Source: Verrucomicrobiia bacterium
Lineage (GTDB): Bacteria; Verrucomicrobiota; Verrucomicrobiia; Limisphaerales; UBA1100
NCBI GenBank assembly: GCA_014239365.1
Contig: JAAZZB010000033.1
Location: 10,669 to 74,668 of the forward strand
Length of the DNA stretch: 64,000 nucleotides
Direction: 5' to 3'
In this document: positions 1-9,297 of the stretch, piece after piece
Numbering within the stretch: position 1 is the first letter of the stretch
Layout of the letters: each line of letters starts with the position of its first letter
The notes under the pieces: model-generated
The model's input: only the letters and a program-made list of their open reading frames with translations
What the model was told of the DNA's origin: nothing
Database searches by the model: none
Program-made: the position numbers and the translations under genes

Positions 1-484
1 AAGGGCGGAAGTAACGCCCCGCTTCGCCTTCGCGCCATTTGCGGCGGCGGGCTTCGTCTTCATTGCGCGGTTCGGGGCGCGGCTCGGGAGGAAGGTTAAA
101 TTCCAAATCCTGACTGGCCGCCAAAAAATTTTCGATGGGCGGCAGCGCTTTCTCGCTGAGATCCACCAACGATTCAAAGTAATGCACCGCGCGGCGTTTG
201 GTGCGGCCATCGGTGGCTTGGAGGGATTGGAGTTGGGTGAGATAATGCGCAGCGTCGGGCCGAGGTTCCGCCGTCGATTCGGCGGGCACTTCCACCTCAA
301 TCACTTCGGGAATATTACTGCGCGCCTTGAGCGCTTGATTCTCGCGGCGCAGCTCGACGAGCTTGGCGTCTTGGGCATGGGAGGATTCCTGTTCCTTTCG
401 CGGTGGCGACTCGGCACGAGTCAGCATAAAAGTGGCAGTGCCGCTAATCAGTGCGGCGGCGAGAATGGCTATGATTTGTTTCAT
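1..484 (-). CDS. Membrane-anchored protein, N-terminal module of the recurrent 'HYFESLVD' family. The 5' end is complete and the gene runs off the left window edge.
   Basis: Absent from the ORF track because it has no stop in the window. The reverse complement from the ATG (cat at 482-484) reads MKQIIAILAAALISGTATFML...KLVELRRENQALKA...RRAVHYFESLVDLSEKALPPIENFLAASQDLEF and stays open to position 1. It is collinear with the N-termini of the 3748..4482, 23997..25247 and 57484..58845 products. Confidence 0.6.
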   Translation of the reverse strand, partial: MKQIIAILAAALISGTATFMLTRAESPPRKEQESSHAQDAKLVELRRENQALKARSNIPEVIEVEVPAESTAEPRPDAAHYLTQLQSLQATDGRTKRRAVHYFESLVDLSEKALPPIENFLAASQDLEFNLPPEPRPEPRNEDEARRRKWREGEAGRYFRP

Positions 485-634
485 CGATTTATTGTTAATC
501 AGTCACGGCTGGCCCTCGGAGCCGAGGGGCGCAATGCTCTATGCATCGATTACGCGAATTGGGTCGATGGGGTTACTTTGGCCTGAAAACGACGTTAACA
601 CCACGAATAAATGCACTGAAAAAACGCTAAGGAA

Positions 635-1645
635 TTAAAGCGCCGTGACGGCCTCGGCGATTTGGACGGCGTTGAGCGCGGCGCCTTTGAGGATTTGATC
701 GCCCACGACCCAAAAGCTCAGTCCGTTTTTCATCGCGCAATCTTTGCGAATGCGGCCGACGGCGCAGTTGTCTTTTTCAGCGCGTTCCAGCGCGAGGGGA
801 TAAATGTTTTTGGAAACTTCATCGAGCAGATCCAAGCCGGGCGCTTTTTTCAAAACCCGGCGCGCGGCAGCCACGGTGACGGGCTTGGCAAACTCCGCGT
901 TCACCGCAATGGAATGCGCGCGATACACCGGCACGCGCACGCAGGTGGTGCTGGCTTTGAAGCGCGCGTGATGCAGGATTTTGCGCCCTTCGTTTTCGAG
1001 TTTCATTTCCTCCTTTGTGTAACCGTTGTCGAGAAAGGCATCCACGTGGGGCAGGGCGTTGAAGGCAATTTGGTGGGGGTAAACTGACTTGGAAATTTTG
1101 CGGCCACGCGCGAGGTCTTTCACCTGCGATTCAAGTTCCACAATCCCCTGCGCGCCACTGCCGGACACGGCTTGATACGTGGCCGCAAAAATCCGCTTCA
1201 CGCCAAACGCCGCGTGCAACGGATGCAACGCCATCAACGTGACGATGGTGCTGCAGTTTGGGTTGGCGATGATGCCGCGATGTTTCGCCACATCCGCGCC
1301 GTTAATTTCCGGCACCACGAGCGGCACATTTTTTTCCATTCGGAAGGCGCTGGAATTATCCACCACCACCGCGCCGGCTTTCACGGCGGCGGGTGCAAAT
1401 TTTTTGCTGATGTCGCCGCCGGCACTGAAGAGGGCGATGTCCACACCTTCAAACGAATCGCGCGTGAGTTCGCGCACGGTGATTTGTTTGCCATTAAAAC
1501 GCACGCGCTTGCCCGCGCTGCGCTTGGAAGCGAGCGGCAAGAGTTGGCCCACAGGAAAGCGCCGCGCCTCCAGTACGCGCAGCATCGCCTGCCCCACGGC
1601 ACCGGTCACGCCTACCACGGCTATGTTGTATTTGCGTTTGCTCAT
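635..1645 (-). CDS. asd: Aspartate-semialdehyde dehydrogenase
   Basis: 336 aa. It has the N-terminal dinucleotide fold IAVVGVTGAVGQ and the active-site NPNCST motif, and Asd-like sequence throughout. Confidence 0.95.
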   Translation of the reverse strand: MSKRKYNIAVVGVTGAVGQAMLRVLEARRFPVGQLLPLASKRSAGKRVRFNGKQITVRELTRDSFEGVDIALFSAGGDISKKFAPAAVKAGAVVVDNSSAFRMEKNVPLVVPEINGADVAKHRGIIANPNCSTIVTLMALHPLHAAFGVKRIFAATYQAVSGSGAQGIVELESQVKDLARGRKISKSVYPHQIAFNALPHVDAFLDNGYTKEEMKLENEGRKILHHARFKASTTCVRVPVYRAHSIAVNAEFAKPVTVAAARRVLKKAPGLDLLDEVSKNIYPLALERAEKDNCAVGRIRKDCAMKNGLSFWVVGDQILKGAALNAVQIAEAVTAL

Positions 1646-1708
1646 TGATTGAATTGGGGCGCGGAGGATAGCGGAAAAAGGTGGAGAGTCAAACTGGCAA
1701 AAACGTCC

Positions 1709-1823
1709 GGGAGGGCGAAGCTCCTGCTGAGCCGAGGCGCGCGGAACGCGCGTCTTGGATGAATTGGGTGAATCGTGAGGGCGGCTTTGCCACCCTTCGG
1801 CTCAGCGGGAGCTTCGCCCTCCC
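1709..1823. repeat. R3: MITE-like element with 27-nt terminal inverted repeats (GGGAGGGCGAAGCTCCTGCTGAGCCGA / TCGGCTCAGCGGGAGCTTCGCCCTCCC)
   Basis: The arms at 1709-1735 and 1797-1823 are reverse complements with one G:T position. A second copy lies at 56200-56307 with the same arms and its interior in the opposite orientation. Confidence 0.8.
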
Positions 1824-1846
1824 GAGGTGCTGGCGCTTTGCTTTTT

Positions 1847-1896
1847 TGTAGCCCGGCCCGGTGGGCCGGGGGCCCGTGCCACCGGCACGGGCTACA
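1847..1896. repeat. R5: GC-rich palindromic repeat TGTAGCCCGG...CCGGGCTACA
   Basis: Self-complementary ends (tgtagcccg / cgggctaca). Related tandem copies occur at 41670-41751. Confidence 0.7.
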
Positions 1897-1941
1897 GCAA
1901 AAAGGCTCGTGCCGATTGGGGCCGTGTGGTTTCTTGCGTGG

Positions 1942-2460
1942 GTGAGCGATGCAGTAAAAATTCGGCCGGCCCTACGTGAGGATGTGCCGGGGATTTTGGC
2001 GATTTATAATGCCGCCGTGCGCGAGCCGGCGGCGGCGTATGAGGACGTGCCGCACACGCTGGCGCAGCGGGAGGAATGGTTCGATTATTTTGCGGGGCGC
2101 AATTTTCCCATTCACGTGGCGGAGGCCGATGGCGCGATTGTGGGCTGGGGTTCGCTGGGGCCGCATCAGGAACGGATGGGGTTTCGCTTCACCGGCGCGG
2201 TGGCGGTGTATGTGGCGGAGCGGCATCGGCGGCGGGGTATTGGCGGTCGGCTAATGGAGGCGTTGTTGGCGGCGGGGCGCGCGCGGCAGCTGCACGTGGT
2301 GCTGGCGACGATTGATGCGGCTAATGAACCGAGCCTGCAATTGCACGCGCAACACGGCTTCACGCGGGCGGGATTGTTTGCGGAGGCGGGATGCAAGTTT
2401 GGCGAGTGGCGGGATGTGATTTATTTGCAATTGCGGCTGGATGACCGGCCAATGCCTTAA
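1942..2460 (+). CDS. GNAT-family N-acetyltransferase (phosphinothricin/MSO acetyltransferase-like)
   Basis: The sequence IRPALREDVPGILAIYNAAV...HVAEADGAIVGWGSL...RRRGIGGRLMEALL carries an acetyl-CoA-binding R-x-x-G-x-G/A motif. The track ORF starts at 1861 inside repeat R5. The GTG at 1942 (MSDAVKIRPA) is a more plausible start, but it remains uncertain. Confidence 0.8.
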   Translation: MSDAVKIRPALREDVPGILAIYNAAVREPAAAYEDVPHTLAQREEWFDYFAGRNFPIHVAEADGAIVGWGSLGPHQERMGFRFTGAVAVYVAERHRRRGIGGRLMEALLAAGRARQLHVVLATIDAANEPSLQLHAQHGFTRAGLFAEAGCKFGEWRDVIYLQLRLDDRPMP

Positions 2461-2478
2461 ACTTCGGGGTACAAAAAA

Positions 2479-2502
2479 CCGCCCCACATTTCTGTGGGGC
2501 GG
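2479..2502 (-). terminator. Rho-independent terminator hairpin after 2548..3708
   Basis: A perfect 10-bp stem (CCGCCCCACA / TGTGGGGCGG) with a 4-nt loop. On the minus-strand transcript it is followed by a U-tract (A6 at 2473-2478). Confidence 0.6.
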
Positions 2503-2547
2503 TGCGAAATTACTTTATCGTTTGAGCTGGGTTAGTCTTGGTTAGAT

Positions 2548-3708
2548 TTAGCGTCCTTCACCGGGTGTGCGCGGCGTGGTCGGCCTGCCTTCGCCACCTC
2601 CTTCGCCACGGTTGCGGAGGCCTTCGAAACGCTGGCGCAATTCTTCGCGGCGTGCAGCCTCCTGCGGGTCGGTGATACGGAAACGGCTGCTGGTTTCCTC
2701 GGTAGGATTGGCGAGTTCATCCAGACGTTTTTCCACGGAGACAAACATCGCCTGGAAGTTTTCATCATTGGTGGTGCTTTTGAGGCTGGATAGGATGCTG
2801 CGTCGGCTGGTAATGGCTTCAGCGGCGAGGTTTTTGCCTTCGCCGAGCCGGGTGAGGTCGCGCACGAGCGTTCCGCGTGCACCACCGCCTCCGCGGCCAC
2901 TCATCATACTGCGCCAATCAAAGCCGCCGCCTCCACGGCGTTCGCCGCCTTCGGCGTTGCCTGCGGCACGTTCGGCATCGCGTTTGGCTTTTTCGGCGGC
3001 TTCGGTGGCCATGGATTGGAGGCCGTCCTTGAAACGATCCACCATCACTTGACCGGCGGCGGGGGATTCGTCGAGGTAATCATTGATGCGTCCCCACAGA
3101 TCATCTTTAGTGCGGTTTTCGATGTTGGCATCGTAATAGGCCGTGGCAAGGATGGGGACGGCTTGCGCTTCGAGCACTTTGGTGAGGTAATCCAACGCAC
3201 GACGATCAAGGCCGTTTTCGGTGATAAGCATTTTCTCGGCGTCATCTTTGAAGGTGGTGTCTTTATAACGAACCAAAATATCCCACAGGGCACCCACGGC
3301 GCGCATATCGAGTTGGCCGGGGATGTCGTTGGCGGCATCGGGTGGATTGCGGAGAATGTACTTGGCTGCGCCGAGCACTTTATCTTTGTAAGGATGCTCC
3401 GCGCCGTCGGCGAGTTTGGTGAGCTGGCGGTCGATGAGCGAAACTTCCACGCCAACTTGCGTTTGCCTGAGAGTGGTTACTAGAATCGCTTCGGCATCAG
3501 CACCGCCAATGCGTCCGAGGGTTTCGATAAGGCCGATGCGCAGAGAAATGGGCATAACGCGTTGGGGCTCGCCGGGGCGACCGCGTTCGCCGCCGGGGCG
3601 TCCTTCACCGCCGGGGCGTCCGCCTCCCGGACGAAAGCCGCCGCCGGGTTGGGCGGAGATGATTCCGGTGAGGGTTAGGAGAATCAGAATGTTGAGTGTG
3701 TGTTTCAT
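2548..3708 (-). CDS. Exported protein of unknown function; C-terminal module of the recurrent family, with Gly/Arg/Pro-rich low-complexity ends
   Basis: Signal peptide MKHTLNILILLTLTGIISAQ. The motifs PISLRIGLIETLGRIGG, LDRRALDYLTKVLEAQAVPILATAYYD and LTRLGEGKNLAAEAI align with the C-terminal two-thirds of the 57484..58845 and 23997..25247 products. Confidence 0.75.
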   Translation of the reverse strand: MKHTLNILILLTLTGIISAQPGGGFRPGGGRPGGEGRPGGERGRPGEPQRVMPISLRIGLIETLGRIGGADAEAILVTTLRQTQVGVEVSLIDRQLTKLADGAEHPYKDKVLGAAKYILRNPPDAANDIPGQLDMRAVGALWDILVRYKDTTFKDDAEKMLITENGLDRRALDYLTKVLEAQAVPILATAYYDANIENRTKDDLWGRINDYLDESPAAGQVMVDRFKDGLQSMATEAAEKAKRDAERAAGNAEGGERRGGGGFDWRSMMSGRGGGGARGTLVRDLTRLGEGKNLAAEAITSRRSILSSLKSTTNDENFQAMFVSVEKRLDELANPTEETSSRFRITDPQEAARREELRQRFEGLRNRGEGGGEGRPTTPRTPGEGR

Positions 3709-3747
3709 AGTTAGATTCGAGTTTTGGTTTTAGTTTGAATGGATTGA

Positions 3748-4482
3748 TTAACGCCCGCCTCGGCCTCCGCGATCGCCTCCGCGGCCTCCCCGGTCACCGC
3801 CGATTCCACGCATCATCATTCGGATGCGGTCGCCTTGGTCGCCGCCCATTTGTTCGAGCTGAACCTTTTGTTCGTCGGTCATCAACCCCATAAATTTTTC
3901 TGAACCACTGGACCAGATTTCACGCATTTTTTGGCCGCGTTCTTCCCGGGACAAATTACGATCTCTCATGATTTCGCCGATCTTCGTGCGGTTTTCTTCC
4001 CAGGATTTTGTGGCGAATGCGCGCATTTCCTCGATCTGCACGTTGGTGATGTTGAGCTGTTGACGGAAACTGGGCCGGCCAAATTCTTTGTCCATTTTTT
4101 GGTTCATAAAGTTGGCGATGGCGGGCAGTGATTCCTCGCCGGCATCCACCAAACTTTCGAAATAATGGATCACTCGCTTTTGTGATTCCACATCGGCTCC
4201 GGTCGTGCCATCGGCGGAAAGTTGGTCGATCAAATCCTGCGGATCGGTCACCACGCCGGGCACTTGCACATTGGATTCGCTGAGCATGATTGCGGCCTGC
4301 GATTTGGCCGCGGCCCGCAGATCCACCACTTCTGAGCGGAGCTTGGCCAACTCCTCGTTGTGGGTGTTTTCCTCCGTATGCTTTCGCTCTTGGATTTTGC
4401 TTTGTGAGGATGAGCTGGTGGCAAGATAGGTAACCGCCGAACTCACGATGATGGATGCGATGATGGCTATAACTGTTTTCAT
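3748..4482 (-). CDS. Membrane-anchored protein; N-terminal module of the recurrent family, ending in an RGG-type repeat
   Basis: An N-terminal TM (MKTVIAIIASIIVSSAVTYL), a coiled-coil-like segment EELAKLRSEVVDLRAA, and RVIHYFESLVDAGEESLPAIANFMNQKMDKEF. The C-terminus is GGDRGGRGGDRGGRGGR. The gene lies 39 nt upstream of 2548..3708 on the same strand. Confidence 0.75.
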   Translation of the reverse strand: MKTVIAIIASIIVSSAVTYLATSSSSQSKIQERKHTEENTHNEELAKLRSEVVDLRAAAKSQAAIMLSESNVQVPGVVTDPQDLIDQLSADGTTGADVESQKRVIHYFESLVDAGEESLPAIANFMNQKMDKEFGRPSFRQQLNITNVQIEEMRAFATKSWEENRTKIGEIMRDRNLSREERGQKMREIWSSGSEKFMGLMTDEQKVQLEQMGGDQGDRIRMMMRGIGGDRGGRGGDRGGRGGR

Positions 4483-4571
4483 AAATGTTTTTCCGACTTT
4501 TATGACGCCCTGCGCGGTGAAGCGTTACAAAGAAAAACAAAGAAAAACAAAGAAAAAACAGCTTTTTCGGG

Positions 4572-5762
4572 CTAAGACCGCGCGGATTGCACGGCGGGCT
4601 CGGTGGCACGCGGGGAGGCGCCGCGTAGTTTGGCGATCATTCCCGGCAGTTTTTCCAGCAGGAAATCGATTTCCGCATCGGTGGAATAATGGCTGAGGCT
4701 AAAGCGCACCGAGCCGAGCGCGTGCTCGGGCGAAACGCCCATCGCGGTCAGCACGTGGCTTGGCGCCAGCGAACCGGTGGTGCACGCCGAGCCGCTGCTG
4801 GCGCAAATGCCTTCGCGATCGAGCAGCAACAAAATCGCCTCCGCCTCGCAATTGGCAAAACTCAAGTTGCTGGTGTTCAGCAAACGCGGCTCCCGCGCGC
4901 CATTGCGCGTGACGCCTTCGATGCGGCTCATAATGCCTTCCTCCATCCGATCGCGTAACGTGCGGATGCGGGCGGCGTCATTTTCCAAGCTCGCCATCGC
5001 GAGCTCCGCCGCGCGACCGAAGGCGGCGATTTGCGCGACGTTTTCTGTGCCGCCGCGCCGGCCACTTTCCTGGCCGCCGCCCATGACGTACGGCTGCCAC
5101 GGTGTGCCTCGTCGCACGTACAATAATCCGATGCCCTTCGGCGCGTGGAGTTTGTGCGCTGAGAGCGAAAGAAAATCCACCCCCATCGATTTCACATCGA
5201 GCTTCAACTTGCCGGGCGTCTGCACGGCGTCGGAATGGAAAAGCACATTCTTGGCACGACACATCGCAGCGATTTCTTCGATCGGAAAAATCACGCCCGT
5301 CTCGTTGTTGGCGAGCATTACCGTGACGGCCGCCGTGTCTTCGCGAATGGCCTCGTGCAATTCGTGCACATCCAATTGGCCTGCGCGATCCACCGGCAAC
5401 CACGTGACTTCGCCGCCGCGTTTTTCAAACGCCTGACAAAATTTAACATTAGCCGAGTGCTCCACCGCCGTGGTGACGAGGTGCCGCTTGCCCGGCCGCG
5501 TGAGCAACGCGCTGTTGAGCGCGGCGTTGCTGCTCTCGGTGCCGCAACTGGTGAATATAATTTCGCGCGGATCGGCATTGATCAGTGCCGCTACCTGTTC
5601 ACGCGCGGCATCCACCGCCCCCACGAGGCGATTGCCAAACGAGTACGCGCTGGAAGGATTGCCCCATTGCTCCGTGAGAAACGGCAGCATCACCTCCAAC
5701 ACCTCCGGCGCGACACGCGTGGTGGCGTTGTTATCGAAATAATAAACTGGCTCTTCGCTCAT
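4572..5762 (-). CDS. Cysteine desulfurase, NifS/IscS class
   Basis: 396 aa with the PLP-lysine motif SAHKLHAPKG and the active-site loop SSGSACTTGS. The N-terminus YFDNNATT is typical of class I desulfurases. Confidence 0.9.
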   Translation of the reverse strand: MSEEPVYYFDNNATTRVAPEVLEVMLPFLTEQWGNPSSAYSFGNRLVGAVDAAREQVAALINADPREIIFTSCGTESSNAALNSALLTRPGKRHLVTTAVEHSANVKFCQAFEKRGGEVTWLPVDRAGQLDVHELHEAIREDTAAVTVMLANNETGVIFPIEEIAAMCRAKNVLFHSDAVQTPGKLKLDVKSMGVDFLSLSAHKLHAPKGIGLLYVRRGTPWQPYVMGGGQESGRRGGTENVAQIAAFGRAAELAMASLENDAARIRTLRDRMEEGIMSRIEGVTRNGAREPRLLNTSNLSFANCEAEAILLLLDREGICASSGSACTTGSLAPSHVLTAMGVSPEHALGSVRFSLSHYSTDAEIDFLLEKLPGMIAKLRGASPRATEPAVQSARS

Positions 5763-5882
5763 GGATACAGCCGCAACACAGCGCGGGGGAACGGCGAGTT
5801 AAACAGCTTTTCGACACTAAAATCAAAGCTTTTTCTTGTGAAGACACACAAGGCGCTGTAAATTTACAAACTTATTACCGGT

Positions 5883-7904
5883 ATGAAAACAGGACTTATT
5901 TTAGGCATCGCAGCCACAGTCGCGCTGGGCGCGTGGAGTTGGAATGCGAATCAACCGACGCAAGCCAAAAGCCCCGCAGCACCACAACCCAATCCCGCCG
6001 AGCCGCTGTGCGAACTCTGCGTTTCCCCCGGCAGCCGCGCCTCGCTCTTGATGGCGCAGCCTTCCTTCATTGCCAATCCCGCTCCGCTTGACGAAAAACA
6101 AATCGCCGCCGCGCTCGCAGAAAAAATCATCGGCCCCGATCTTGCGTTGGAAGAGGTGCGCGTCTTCAACGAAACCCGCGTGCCCGAAATGCCCCGCGTC
6201 CGCACCGCCGCCGAATGGAAAACCAAAGCCGTTCAAATGCGCAAGGACGTACTCGACCAAGTCATCTTCCGCGGTAGCGCAGCCAAGTGGCGCAACACCC
6301 CGGTCAAGGTTCAGTGGGGCGACACCATCGAGAACCTACCCGGTTATCGCATCAAGAAACTCAAGTTCGAATGTTTGCCCGGCTGGTGGATTCCCGCACT
6401 CCTTTACGAGCCGCTCAAACTCAAGGGCAAAGTGCCCGTGGTGATGAATGTCAACGGCCACGCGCGCACCGGCAAGGCTACCGACTACAAACAACTCCGC
6501 TGCATCAACCTCGTCAAGCGCGGCATGATTGTGCTCAACGTGGAATGGATCGGCATGGGCCAGTTCGCCAACCGGATGGGGCATTATCAAATGAACCAGC
6601 TCGACCTCTGCGGCTCTTCGGGCATCGCGCCGTTTTATCTCAATATGAGCAAGGGCCTCGACGTGTTGCTGGCCCATCCCAGTGCCGACCCCAAACGCGT
6701 GGCGGTGGCGGGCCTTTCGGGTGGCGGTTGGCAGACGATTTTCATCAGCTCACTCGATGAACGCGTCACGCTTGCCAATCCCGTGGCCGGCTATTCCAGC
6801 TTCAAAACCCGCGCGCGCCACGGCAAGGACCTCGGCGATTCCGAGCAAACTCCCAACGACCTCGCCCTCTACGCCGACTACACCCACCTCACCGCCATGC
6901 TCGCCAACCGCGCCGCGCTCCTCACCTACAACGCCAAGGACGCCTGCTGCTTCACCGCCGGTCACGCGCTCCCGCCGCTCATCGATGCCGCCGCGCCCAT
7001 CTTTAGTTTGCACGACCGCCGCGATTTCCTGCGCACGCACATCAACTTCAAACCCGGAACCCACAACTTCGGCGTCGATAATCGCCAGCAACTTTACCGT
7101 TTCATCGGCGACGTGTTTTATCCCAAGCACAAACAATATCACCGCAACGAAATCCCCAGCGAAAAAGAAATCAAAACCTACGACGAACTCATCGTCCCCT
7201 TGCCCAAAGACAATCACACCTTTAACACCCTCGCGCTGGGCCTCATGAAAAACCTGCCCAAACCCCAAACCGGCAGCAAAGCCGAACAGCGCGCCAAGCT
7301 GCTAAAAATCATTCACGCAAATAATTACAAAGTGAAGGCCAAGGAAATCGAAGGCGAAGACGCCATCGACGGCGTGGCGCACTACCAATTCCAAATCGCC
7401 AACGATTGGACCGTGCCGGGAACTGTCTTCACGCCCGCCAAACCCAAAGGCACCACGCTCCTCATCGCCGACGACGGACGCAAAAAACAAGCGGCTACCG
7501 TGAAGGAATTGCTCGCCGCCGGCCAACGCGTCGTGGCTTTCGATCCTTTCTTCTTTGGCGAATCCAAAATCAAGAGCCGCGATTATCTCCACGTTATTTT
7601 GATGCACGCCGTCGGCGAGCGCGCCCTCGGCGTTCAATCCGGCCAAATCACTGCCATTGCCAACTGGGCCAAAAACGAATTCGGCAGCACAGTGAATCTC
7701 AATTCAATCGGCCCCCGCCTCAGCGTGGCCGCGCGCTTGGCAGCAGTCCAAACCAAAGCCATCGCGACCGTGAAACTCGAAAACCCAATGAAAAGTCTCA
7801 AAGAAGTCATCACGGAAAACAAAGGCGCAAATCATCTTCCCGAAATGATGTGCCACGGCTTGCTCGAACATTTTGATTTGAAACAAATCGAGGCGCTGAA
7901 ATAG
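5883..7904 (+). CDS. Exported alpha/beta-hydrolase-fold protein (acetyl-xylan-esterase / dienelactone-hydrolase-like)
   Basis: 673 aa with an N-terminal hydrophobic signal and the nucleophile-elbow motif VAVAGLSGGGWQT. Substrate unknown. Confidence 0.65.
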   Translation: MKTGLILGIAATVALGAWSWNANQPTQAKSPAAPQPNPAEPLCELCVSPGSRASLLMAQPSFIANPAPLDEKQIAAALAEKIIGPDLALEEVRVFNETRVPEMPRVRTAAEWKTKAVQMRKDVLDQVIFRGSAAKWRNTPVKVQWGDTIENLPGYRIKKLKFECLPGWWIPALLYEPLKLKGKVPVVMNVNGHARTGKATDYKQLRCINLVKRGMIVLNVEWIGMGQFANRMGHYQMNQLDLCGSSGIAPFYLNMSKGLDVLLAHPSADPKRVAVAGLSGGGWQTIFISSLDERVTLANPVAGYSSFKTRARHGKDLGDSEQTPNDLALYADYTHLTAMLANRAALLTYNAKDACCFTAGHALPPLIDAAAPIFSLHDRRDFLRTHINFKPGTHNFGVDNRQQLYRFIGDVFYPKHKQYHRNEIPSEKEIKTYDELIVPLPKDNHTFNTLALGLMKNLPKPQTGSKAEQRAKLLKIIHANNYKVKAKEIEGEDAIDGVAHYQFQIANDWTVPGTVFTPAKPKGTTLLIADDGRKKQAATVKELLAAGQRVVAFDPFFFGESKIKSRDYLHVILMHAVGERALGVQSGQITAIANWAKNEFGSTVNLNSIGPRLSVAARLAAVQTKAIATVKLENPMKSLKEVITENKGANHLPEMMCHGLLEHFDLKQIEALK

Positions 7905-7950
7905 GGGAGGGGCAAGTTCCACCTTGCCCCATTACTCAATCAACCATCCA

Positions 7951-8002
7951 CCACAGAGACACAGCGAACAAAAAAACCTCTGTGCCCTCTGTGTCTCTGT
8001 GG
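7951..8002. repeat. R2: CACAGAG/CTCTGTG hairpin repeat
   Basis: ccacagagacacag (7951-7964) is the exact reverse complement of ctgtgtctctgtgg (7989-8002). Related copies occur at 9298-9408, 30247-30286, 38970-39024 and 39715-39748. Confidence 0.8.
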
Positions 8003-8067
8003 TAAAAAAGCCGCCGCGGCCGGATAATTCGCACGAATCACCAGCCAAGTTTGGCGTCCAACACACG

Positions 8068-9279
8068 ATGAAAATTGGAATCCTATTTTTACTCGCAACG
8101 CTGCTGACCGCTCCATCGGCAGAGGCGGCGAAGCGTCTGCGTGGTTTTGAAAAGCCGCCGCACAATTATTGGCAGCACGCGCCGCAGGATCGGTTCACCA
8201 AAATCAAAGCCGCGCTGGAAACCGGCAAAGTGCCGCTGGATCGTTCCAGCGAAAAGGCATTCGTCGTCAGCTTGCTGAACGCGTTGGAGATTTCGCCTGC
8301 CACGCAGACGCTCGTTTACTCTACCACCAGCCTGCAGCTCAGCCGCATCTCGCCGCGCAATCCGCGTGCGCTTTATTTTAATGAGGATGTCTACGTCGGC
8401 TGGGTGCCGCGCGGGCAAATTGAGATTGCCTCCATCGATCCCGCGCTCGGAGGCATTTTTTATATCTTCGACATCCCGCGAGGCCCCGCACCGATTCGCA
8501 TCGAACGCAGCGCGCGCTGTTTCAACTGCCACGCGGAATTCGAAAACGGTCGCGTGCCGGGCTTGCTGTTGAAATCCGTGGTGCCCGGGCCCGGCGGCGG
8601 CAGCCTCGAATCATTTCACAGCGACACCACCGGCCACAGCATTCCGCTCAAGGATCGCTTCGGCGGTTGGCATCTCACCGGCAAACACGGCATCGCTCAA
8701 CATTGGGGAAATATGGTTGGCACGCTCTCGCCCGCGGGCCTGAAAAAATTCGCCAACCCGCCGGGCAAACAATTTCGTTGGGAAACCTATCCGGTGACCA
8801 CCAGCGATGTGCTCGCGCATTTGCTGCACGAGCACCAAATCGGTTTTGTCAACCGCGCCATCAAGGCAACCTACGACACCCGCGCCGCGCTGGCCGCCGG
8901 CGATGCAAAAGCGATGATCGCCAAACACGCCGCATTGCTCACGCGCTATTTATTATTCGCCGATGAAGCGAAATTCCCAACCGGCGGCATCGGCGGCGAT
9001 GCGTTGTTGACGAAAGACTTCGCCAAGCGTGCGCGCCGAACGAAAGTCGGATTGTCGCTGCGCGATTTCGATTTACGCACGCGGATGTTCAAGCACCGCT
9101 GCAGCTACATGATTCACAGCGCGGCGTTCACGGGATTGCCCGCGCCTTTGAAGCAGCAAGTCTTTGCAAGTCTTCGCGAGGCATTGAATCCCGCTAAACC
9201 GCATCCCGCCTCCGCGCATTTGCCCGCTGCTGAGAAGCGCGCGATTGCGGGGATACTTTCGGCGACGAAGGTTTGGTAA
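8068..9279 (+). CDS. Exported hypothetical protein with a single CXXCH motif
   Basis: The preferred start is the ATG at 8068 (MKIGILFLLATLLTAPSAEA, a signal peptide), because the upstream part of the track ORF from 7924 translates repeat R2. It contains CFNCH, a c-type heme-binding-like motif. No family recognised. Confidence 0.65.
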   Translation: MKIGILFLLATLLTAPSAEAAKRLRGFEKPPHNYWQHAPQDRFTKIKAALETGKVPLDRSSEKAFVVSLLNALEISPATQTLVYSTTSLQLSRISPRNPRALYFNEDVYVGWVPRGQIEIASIDPALGGIFYIFDIPRGPAPIRIERSARCFNCHAEFENGRVPGLLLKSVVPGPGGGSLESFHSDTTGHSIPLKDRFGGWHLTGKHGIAQHWGNMVGTLSPAGLKKFANPPGKQFRWETYPVTTSDVLAHLLHEHQIGFVNRAIKATYDTRAALAAGDAKAMIAKHAALLTRYLLFADEAKFPTGGIGGDALLTKDFAKRARRTKVGLSLRDFDLRTRMFKHRCSYMIHSAAFTGLPAPLKQQVFASLREALNPAKPHPASAHLPAAEKRAIAGILSATKVW

Positions 9280-9297
9280 TATAGTAACCAAACCAAT

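Noticed and set aside
182-638. Plus-strand ORFs 182..586 and 363..638 from the track
   Set aside because: Their products are low-complexity. The minus strand across 1-484 reads as a clear paralog of three other genes in the window, with a proper TM anchor and conserved motifs, so the plus-strand ORFs are shadow frames.
4517-4556. Short tandem caaagaaaaa x3 upstream of 3748..4482
   Set aside because: It is real but tiny. It is probably just an A/T-rich promoter or UP-like region, and I could not support a specific function.
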